A DNA stretch of 64,000 nt, taken from positions 1 through 64,000 of the IMG/VR virus record IMGVR_UViG_3300027747_002439. One strand, 5' to 3'. Below are positions 57,771 through 64,000 of the stretch, piece after piece. The position numbers were made by a program, and so were the translations under genes. The notes beneath the pieces are model-generated. The model did no database searches. It saw only the letters and a program-made list of their open reading frames with translations, and was not told the DNA's origin. The stretch comes from an uncultured virus (IMG/VR IMGVR_UViG_3300027747_002439) (Duplodnaviria; Heunggongvirae; Uroviricota; Caudoviricetes). How positions within the stretch are numbered: position 1 is the stretch's first letter; each line of letters opens with the position of its first letter.

Positions 57771-59813
57771 TTGGTGAGCTTTTTCTCTTTCAAACTAAGC
57801 GATGATTTTGTGCAAGGGTATCGAGGAAAGAAAGCTCCTTTTGGCTACACTGATGCAGCAGGAAACTCTGTTGGAGAAATTACTTTTCTTCGCACGTACT
57901 CTCGCTTAAAAGAAGACGGCACCAAGGAAACTTGGGCTGACGTATGCGAGCGTGTCATCAATGGCATGTACTCTATTCAAAAAGATCACTGCAAAAGCCA
58001 AAGACTTCCTTGGAATGATTCAAAGGCACAGGCATCTGCAAAGGATGGATTTGATAGACTATTTAATCTAAAGTGGACACCGCCAGGTCGTGGTCTCTGG
58101 GTTATGGGTACTCCTTTAGTTAACGTGCAAAAGAACTCTGCAGCACTGCAAAACTGTGCATTTGTTTCAACACTTGAAATGACAAAGCAAAACCCAGCAA
58201 AGCCTTTTGCGTTTCTTATGGAAGCGTCAATGCTCGGCGTTGGTGTAGGATTTGATGATAAAGGTGCAGACAAAGATTTTGTGATTTATTCACCGCAAGG
58301 AGAGGAAACATACGTTGTCCCAGACACAAGAGAAGGATGGGTTGAATCACTCTCAATCATCCTCAATGCTTACCTCAAGCCAGATCAGAAGGCTCCATTA
58401 TATGATTACAGCCAAGTCCGCCCAGCAGGTATTCCAATCAAGACGTTCGGTGGCACAGCCGCAGGACACGAACCGTTAGAACGTTTACACAACTACATCC
58501 GTAAACTATTTGAAGGACGCGCCGGTGAAAAAGTTACTCGTACTGATCTTGCTGACATCGGTAATCTTATTGGCGTGTGCGTTGTTTCTGGCAACGTTCG
58601 TCGCTCAGCTGAACTTCTAATCGGTCGCCTTGATGACGATACGTTCCTAAACCTTAAGAACACAGAGCGTTTCCCAGAGCGCAATAGCTATGACCCAGCA
58701 TCACCGGGTTGGGGCTGGATGTCAAACAACTCCATTGAAACAACAGTAGGACAAGATCTAGACAAGATCGTTGAGGGCATTGCCCGCAACGGAGAGCCTG
58801 GCGTAGTCTGGATGGACGTATCACGTAAGTATGGTCGTTTAGCAGATCCAGTAAACAACAAGGATCACCGCGTAGTTGGATACAACCCTTGCGCAGAGCA
58901 GTCACTTGAATCATACGAGTGTTGCACGCTTGTTGAGACGTATCTAGGACGTCACGATTCACTAGAAGACTACAAGCGCACGTTGAAGTTTGCATATCTA
59001 TATGCTAAGACAGTGACGCTGCTTCCTACTCACTGGGAGGAGACAAACGCAATCATGCAACGCAACCGCCGTATCGGAACTTCAATGTCCGGTGTAGCTA
59101 ACTTTGCAGACAACGTTGGTTTACCAACTCTGCGTGAGTGGATGGACGAAGGATACAAGACAGTCAAGACGTATGACAACACGTATTCAGAGTGGCTTGG
59201 TATTCGTGAGTCTATTAAGATGACTACCGTTAAGCCTTCAGGTACAGTTTCAATCTTGGCAGGAGAGTCACCGGGAGTTCACTGGACACCAGGCGGAGAG
59301 TACTTTAACCGCGCAATTCGTTTCTCTAACGAAGATCCAATGTTGCCTCTCTTCAAGATGGCAAACTACAGAGTTGAGCCTGCGTCAGAGTCACCAGACT
59401 TTACGAGCGTCGTGTTCTTCCCTATCAAGTCAAGCGCTAAGCGTGCCGAGAAGGAAGTATCAATCTTTGAGAAGACAGCAATCGCCGCAACAGCGCAGCG
59501 CTACTGGTCAGACAACTCTGTCTCTGTAACCGTATCATTTGATCCTGAAAAGGAAGCGGAGCACGTAGGAACAGTTCTTCACATGTACGACGGACAGTTG
59601 AAGACAGTGTCCTTCCTGCCGATGGGTAACTTCACATATCCGCAGATGCCATACACGCAGATCACCGCAAGTGAGTATGAGGATGCGACGATGAAGTTGT
59701 TTCCTATTGACTTCACCGGAGTCTACGCAGGAATGGCGTCGGATGCAATCGGAGATGCGTACTGCACAACTGATGCGTGCGAGGTTAAGCTTATCGTGGA
59801 GAACATGAAGTAA
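57771..59813 (+). CDS. nrdJ: class II adenosylcobalamin-dependent ribonucleoside-triphosphate reductase
   Basis: RTYSR, PPGRGLW, LQNC, GNVRRSA, NPCAE, VKPSGT, C-terminal CTTDAC; start codon uncertain. Confidence 0.93.
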   Translation: MVSFFSFKLSDDFVQGYRGKKAPFGYTDAAGNSVGEITFLRTYSRLKEDGTKETWADVCERVINGMYSIQKDHCKSQRLPWNDSKAQASAKDGFDRLFNLKWTPPGRGLWVMGTPLVNVQKNSAALQNCAFVSTLEMTKQNPAKPFAFLMEASMLGVGVGFDDKGADKDFVIYSPQGEETYVVPDTREGWVESLSIILNAYLKPDQKAPLYDYSQVRPAGIPIKTFGGTAAGHEPLERLHNYIRKLFEGRAGEKVTRTDLADIGNLIGVCVVSGNVRRSAELLIGRLDDDTFLNLKNTERFPERNSYDPASPGWGWMSNNSIETTVGQDLDKIVEGIARNGEPGVVWMDVSRKYGRLADPVNNKDHRVVGYNPCAEQSLESYECCTLVETYLGRHDSLEDYKRTLKFAYLYAKTVTLLPTHWEETNAIMQRNRRIGTSMSGVANFADNVGLPTLREWMDEGYKTVKTYDNTYSEWLGIRESIKMTTVKPSGTVSILAGESPGVHWTPGGEYFNRAIRFSNEDPMLPLFKMANYRVEPASESPDFTSVVFFPIKSSAKRAEKEVSIFEKTAIAATAQRYWSDNSVSVTVSFDPEKEAEHVGTVLHMYDGQLKTVSFLPMGNFTYPQMPYTQITASEYEDATMKLFPIDFTGVYAGMASDAIGDAYCTTDACEVKLIVENMK

Positions 59814-59992
59814 TGCCACAGTACGAATATCATTGCAAGAATGGTCACTACAACCTCATAGAGCGTAGCATAAGCGAGCCAGAGGGTAATCCAACCTGCA
59901 CCGCTCCGGAGTGCTCTGAAGAGCTTAAGAGACAGTACAGCGTACCTTCAATAAGCTTCAAAGGAAACGGGTTTTACTCAACGTCTAAATGA
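59813..59992 (+). CDS. FmdB-family zinc-ribbon protein
   Basis: Manual translation MPQYEYHC...C...C...FKGNGFYST; not in the ORF track. Confidence 0.85.
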   Translation: MPQYEYHCKNGHYNLIERSISEPEGNPTCTAPECSEELKRQYSVPSISFKGNGFYSTSK

Positions 59993-60027
59993 CGTACTTT
60001 TGTCATAGTTCAATATAGAATTATTTA

Positions 60028-60330
60028 ATGGCAAAACATAACCCGCAGCTTCTCAACCTGCGCCCTGTCTATGATGACTGGGCATGGCAGGAACAGTCTA
60101 ACTGTCGTGATGTAGATTCAGATCTATTCTTTTTAGATCTGATGGCACGTGGCAAGGAAAAACGTGAAAAAGAAAAAGCTGCCAAGAAGGTGTGTAGAGG
60201 TTGTCCTGTTTTGGAACAATGCTTAAGTCATGCTCTTTCAATTCCAGAGTTCTTTGGTGTCTGGGGCGGAATGACAGCGGACGAACGAAACTTTATTCTT
60301 CGCAAGCAAGGATTAAGAATAGTTAAGTAA
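60028..60330 (+). CDS. whiB: WhiB-family transcription factor (WhiB3-like, leaderless)
   Basis: W.WQ...NCR, AKKVCRGCPV..QCL.HAL, GVWGG. Confidence 0.92.
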   Translation: MAKHNPQLLNLRPVYDDWAWQEQSNCRDVDSDLFFLDLMARGKEKREKEKAAKKVCRGCPVLEQCLSHALSIPEFFGVWGGMTADERNFILRKQGLRIVK

Positions 60331-60386
60331 GTGTAAACTAAAAACTTATAGTTTACAAGAATTCCTATTGTGTGTATGGTCCGTCC

Positions 60387-60674
60387 ATGGCACTAGACAT
60401 ACAGCTATCTAGCAATTACCCTGTCTTCAAAGATCTTGGAGTCCCTGCTTGTGCGACTACAGATCCTGAGATTTTCTTTCCAGAAAAAGGAGCAAAGGGC
60501 CAATCTCAATACATCATTGGCGCAGCGCGAAGAATGTGTGCAGGCTGTCCTTATAAAGAGCCGTGCCTTGCATGGGCAGTAGAGCACGATGAAATGGGAA
60601 TCTGGGGCGGAACTACCCAGAAAGAACGACGTGTTCACCGCAGAAAGTTAAAAGTAACAAACAGCAATAAATGA
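60387..60674 (+). CDS. whiB: WhiB-family transcription factor (leaderless)
   Basis: CATTDPEIFFP, CAGCP....CL, GIWGG; TATGGT 6 nt before the ATG at 60387. Confidence 0.92.
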   Translation: MALDIQLSSNYPVFKDLGVPACATTDPEIFFPEKGAKGQSQYIIGAARRMCAGCPYKEPCLAWAVEHDEMGIWGGTTQKERRVHRRKLKVTNSNK

Positions 60675-60739
60675 TAGAATAATAAAGCTTCTTGGGAGAG
60701 GTAAGCAAACCTTACTACCTCTATCCCTAGGGAGATTAT

Positions 60740-61033
60740 ATGGCAAAAAAGAACGACATTATGGAAGCTGATGTTTCAGTGGCAGCAGGACCAGTCACCG
60801 CGATTAAGAACATCTTGCTTCGTATCATAGCAGTATTCGCTGCATCAGGACTTAGTGTTATCGGCGCTGGCGCTGTTGTTGGAATTAGCACCGCGAAGGC
60901 AGTAATCCTTGCTGGAACACTTGGTGTTGCAACTGTAGTTGAGCGCCTTGCTCGTGGATTCATGGACGATGGAAAACTTACCGTTCAAGAAATTAACGCT
61001 GCATTTAACTCTGTAGACAAGAAGGCTAACTAA
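60740..61033 (+). CDS. two-TM holin-like membrane protein
   Basis: Two hydrophobic helices; DDGKLT..EIN.AF tail. Confidence 0.65.
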   Translation: MAKKNDIMEADVSVAAGPVTAIKNILLRIIAVFAASGLSVIGAGAVVGISTAKAVILAGTLGVATVVERLARGFMDDGKLTVQEINAAFNSVDKKAN

Positions 61034-61035
61034 AT

Positions 61036-61191
61036 ATGAGCCCTACACTAAAGCTAGGACTTATGGTTTTTGGAACTTTAGGCGTTATATACATAGTCTC
61101 TTACTTGACGGCTGAAATCATATTTAGACTTACAAAAGAGGACGTTAACACGGCATTTGCCGCGGTAGACAAGCGAGCAGCTGCAGAATAA
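61036..61191 (+). CDS. small membrane protein with a C-terminus paralogous to 60740
   Basis: Manual translation MSPTLKLGLMVFGTLGVIYIV...LTKEDVNTAFAAVDKRAAAE. Confidence 0.6.
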   Translation: MSPTLKLGLMVFGTLGVIYIVSYLTAEIIFRLTKEDVNTAFAAVDKRAAAE

Positions 61192-61204
61192 CCCGTAGAC
61201 ACCT

Positions 61205-61348
61205 ATGTCTACATTTAATGATTCTTACGGCTTTATGAGTAATGAACGACGTATGCAGCAATGGACGTGTGCCATTTGTGACAAGGTATATGTTGTTTCA
61301 TCGCTAGCAAGAGACTGTGAGGATAGACACCTAGCTACTGAGAAGTAG
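61205..61348 (+). CDS. small zinc-finger protein
   Basis: WTCAICDKVYVVSSLARDCEDRH; start may be 61235. Confidence 0.6.
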   Translation: MSTFNDSYGFMSNERRMQQWTCAICDKVYVVSSLARDCEDRHLATEK

Positions 61349-61371
61349 TTAGAAAAACCTATAGGAGAATA

Positions 61372-62388
61372 ATGAAGTTAATACGTAACATAGCAATGAC
61401 ATCTGTCGTTGCGCTAGGTCTTGGAGCTGCAGTTGCACTCCCGGCAAGCGCTGCGGACATGTCACTATCAGTAAAGGTCGGAGCAGCTGTTGCAAGTTCG
61501 AACGCAACAACAGCTTTAGTACCTGCAGTAGTAACGGTTCCAGCAGATAACACAATCGACGAAGCAGACGTAGTCCGTTTGGTCGCAACTGTAGACGCAG
61601 GTACCTCAGTTTCATTCGTCGCAACAGGAGCTATCAAGCTCGTTGCAGCTCTAGATAATCCAGCGGCAGTGCGTGTACGCTCGACAGACGGAGCTTCATC
61701 AGTTGTTGTAGCAACAGGAACAGGTAACACTGCAACTGTTTATGCTTACACAACTAATGTAGCGGCAGGTACAATCATCGTTTCTAACGGTGGAGTTACC
61801 AACACAATTTACATGAAGGGCACAGCAGGCGCAGCATCAGCAGTTTCTGTAGTTGCTCCTTCAGCTGTAGCTTCTGGCACAGTGGCAACATACACATTTA
61901 CAGCTCTAGACGTTTTCGGCAACAAGGTTTCCGGCCTTGCGATTAACGCTACAGTTGCAGGTGCAACAGTTGCTTCAACTGGCCTTAACGTGGCAACAGT
62001 GACAACAGCGGTTGATACAGCTACAGTAGGTCTTGGCAACGCAGAGCTTAAGGTTCTTGCTCCTGCTACTGGATCTATTACAGTTGTAGCAACAGCTACA
62101 GGCGTGGCTGCAGTTGCAGCTACAACAGTCGTAAGCGATCTTGCAGCAGAACTTGCAAAGGTCAAGGCTGAACTTGCCGCTGAGAAGGCAGGACGCGCAG
62201 CTGATAAGACTGCAGCGGACGCGGCAATGGCTAAGGTAGTAGCGGATAACGCGGCTGCTAAGGTTGTTACAGATAAGGCAGTTGCTGATCTTTCAGCCGC
62301 AGTTGCTAAGCTCAATAAGGACATGGCCTCAATTAAGGCTAAGTACAACGCGATGGCAAAGAAGTATAAGTTCACCGCGATTAAGTAA
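61372..62388 (+). CDS. secreted Ala/Val/Thr-rich Ig-like surface protein with C-terminal coiled coil
   Basis: Signal peptide ending ASA-A; DVFGN motif; AELAKVKAELAAEK coil. Confidence 0.8.
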   Translation: MKLIRNIAMTSVVALGLGAAVALPASAADMSLSVKVGAAVASSNATTALVPAVVTVPADNTIDEADVVRLVATVDAGTSVSFVATGAIKLVAALDNPAAVRVRSTDGASSVVVATGTGNTATVYAYTTNVAAGTIIVSNGGVTNTIYMKGTAGAASAVSVVAPSAVASGTVATYTFTALDVFGNKVSGLAINATVAGATVASTGLNVATVTTAVDTATVGLGNAELKVLAPATGSITVVATATGVAAVAATTVVSDLAAELAKVKAELAAEKAGRAADKTAADAAMAKVVADNAAAKVVTDKAVADLSAAVAKLNKDMASIKAKYNAMAKKYKFTAIK

Positions 62389-62400
62389 AGTAGGTCATTA

Positions 62401-62433
62401 AGGCGGGGTCAGGAAACTGGCCCCGCTTTTCTT
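62401..62433 (+). terminator. intrinsic terminator
   Basis: GCGGGGTCAG-GAAA-CTGGCCCCGC plus TTTTCTT. Confidence 0.85.
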
Positions 62434-62509
62434 ATGCCTTAAGACGCTTTGTCCGTACTAGTATAGAATTGGTATAGAATTGTATGTATATTTAGAGAAG
62501 GATAAACTA

Positions 62510-64000
62510 ATGCCAATTCTTGGAACTGCCGCTTCAGCGGGAGCGTTGAGTCGTTTAACACTTGCAGTTGACTACCTTGTTGTTGCAGGTGGTGGTGGTG
62601 CAGGATTTGCTGCTTCAAATGCTGGTGGTGGTGGCGGCGGAGCAGGAGGTTTACGCTCTACTGTTACTGCAACTGGTGGTGGTGGTTCACTAGAAACTGT
62701 TTTATCAATGGCACTTAATACTGCATACACAGTAACTGTTGGTGCTGGTGGTAATGGTGGAATACAATCTTCAACAACTTATGCTACTCAAGGTGGTAAT
62801 TCTGTATTTTCTACTATAACTTCTATTGGTGGTGGTAAAGGAAGTTCATCAGGTATTAATTCAGCAAATGCTGCACCTGGTACAGGTGGTAGTGGTGGTG
62901 GTGGTACTGGAGATTATTCTGTTGTTTCTACGGGCGCTGCTGGTACAATTAATCAAGGTTATGCTGGTGGTGATGCTGCTGTTGGAATTAGTGGTTATGA
63001 CCAAAGTCCTGGCGGTGGCGGTGGCGCTGGTGCTGTTGGTGGTAATTATTCAACACAAGGTAATGGTGGTAATGGTGTAGCCACATCTATTTCAGGCTCA
63101 TCAACTACTTATGCTGGTGGTGGTGGTGGTGGTTCATCTTATCGTTACGGCTCTGCAACTGGCCCTGGTACTGGTGGAACTGGCGGTGGAGCAAATGGAA
63201 ATACTAACAATGGTTCATCTAATACAGGCGGTGGCGGTGGCGGCGGTGCTTATCAAGCCAATAAAAATGGAGGCAACGGCGGCTCAGGAATTGTTATAGC
63301 CCGATACTCAGGCACTACACAAAAAGCGATTGGTGGAACTGTAACCACATCAGGTGGAAATACAATTCACACATTTTTATCTTCAGGTATTTTTTACACT
63401 GCTGCACCTAAGGCAACTGGCGGAACTGTAAGTTACGCTGATGGATATGTGTATCACGCATTTACTGGGTCAGGTACATTTACTCCAACCATATCCTTAA
63501 GTGCAGATATATTAGTTGTTGCTGGCGGAGGTGGAACTTCACAAGATTCAGGTGGCGGTGGTGCTGGTGGATTATTAACTTTTAGTTCTCAATCCCTTAC
63601 TGCTCAGGCATATACTTGCACAGTAGGTGCAGGTGGTACTACTGCTACTGATAATTATGTTGATGATGCAACAAGCGGTAATGATTCTCAATTTGGTTCC
63701 TTGACCCTTTGTGTTGGTGGTGGTAGAGCAAGGTATAGAAGCCAAAACCCTACTGGCGGATCAGGTGCAGGTGGTAACTCTAATAATGGTGGGGGAACTA
63801 CTAATCCTGGAAGTGGTACTTTTGGACAAGGTAACGCTGGCGGTACTGCTGCATTTTGTACTGGTGGTGGTGGAGGTGCTGGTGGAGTTGGTGGAAATGC
63901 AAACGGTTCAGTAATCGGTGGAACTGGTGGAATTGGTGCAACATCTGCCTTAATTAACGCAATGGGTTCTGCTACATCAACAGGTCAATTATCGGGTGGT
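62510..64000 (+). CDS. polyglycine-rich protein, 3'-truncated by the window edge
   Basis: ATG after GAAGGA; MPILGTAAS...DYLVVAGGGG; appears open to the end of the window with two polyglycine domains. Confidence 0.85.
   Translation, partial: MPILGTAASAGALSRLTLAVDYLVVAGGGGAGFAASNAGGGGGGAGGLRSTVTATGGGGSLETVLSMALNTAYTVTVGAGGNGGIQSSTTYATQGGNSVFSTITSIGGGKGSSSGINSANAAPGTGGSGGGGTGDYSVVSTGAAGTINQGYAGGDAAVGISGYDQSPGGGGGAGAVGGNYSTQGNGGNGVATSISGSSTTYAGGGGGGSSYRYGSATGPGTGGTGGGANGNTNNGSSNTGGGGGGGAYQANKNGGNGGSGIVIARYSGTTQKAIGGTVTTSGGNTIHTFLSSGIFYTAAPKATGGTVSYADGYVYHAFTGSGTFTPTISLSADILVVAGGGGTSQDSGGGGAGGLLTFSSQSLTAQAYTCTVGAGGTTATDNYVDDATSGNDSQFGSLTLCVGGGRARYRSQNPTGGSGAGGNSNNGGGTTNPGSGTFGQGNAGGTAAFCTGGGGGAGGVGGNANGSVIGGTGGIGATSALINAMGSATSTGQLSGG

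Noticed and set aside
61359..62375. Minus-strand ORFs 61359..61730 and 61809..62375
   Set aside because: Shadows of the Ala-rich + strand gene, which has an RBS, signal peptide and terminator
62826..63914. Val-rich ORFs 62826, 63111 and 63711
   Set aside because: Out-of-frame readings of GGT-GGT polyglycine codons of the real gene starting at 62510

Overview
This window is a segment of a large tailed dsDNA bacteriophage, most likely infecting a freshwater actinobacterium. Support: three WhiB-family genes, DUF3039, an FmdB-type zinc ribbon, and at least nine apparently leaderless genes with a TAnnnT -10 box 6-7 nt before ATG. All assignments come from reading motifs by eye; no database search was run. 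Layout: (1) 1-18.2 kb, + strand: replication, recombination and nucleotide operon (PolA, RuvC-like, SNF2 helicase, Cas4-like nuclease, Sak4-like ATPase, SSB). Embedded in it is what looks like a cytosine-hypermodification pathway: dNMP kinase fused to a UDG-like domain, a thymidylate-synthase homolog with the dCMP-specific Asp, two T4 beta-glucosyltransferase-like paralogs, a T4 gp56-like dCTPase, and a C5-methyltransferase homolog whose motif X Asn is replaced by Lys, the change that makes engineered enzymes carboxymethyltransferases. (2) 18.2-27 kb, - strand, largely AT-rich: glycosylation and sulfation cluster (procollagen galactosyltransferase-like GT, GT2-TPR, GT32, GT2, epimerase, radical SAM, two sulfotransferases, APS kinase fused to an HxGH nucleotidyltransferase). 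(3) 27-42 kb and 50.8-52.4 kb, - strand: six Gly-X-Thr collagen-like proteins plus polyglycine proteins, likely virion fibres and plausible substrates of that cluster. (4) 42-64 kb: phosphoesterase, primase-helicase, endolysin, serine recombinase, a candidate ~220-nt structured ncRNA, class II RNR, WhiBs, holin-like genes and a host-like surface protein. No tRNA, rRNA or CRISPR array was found.
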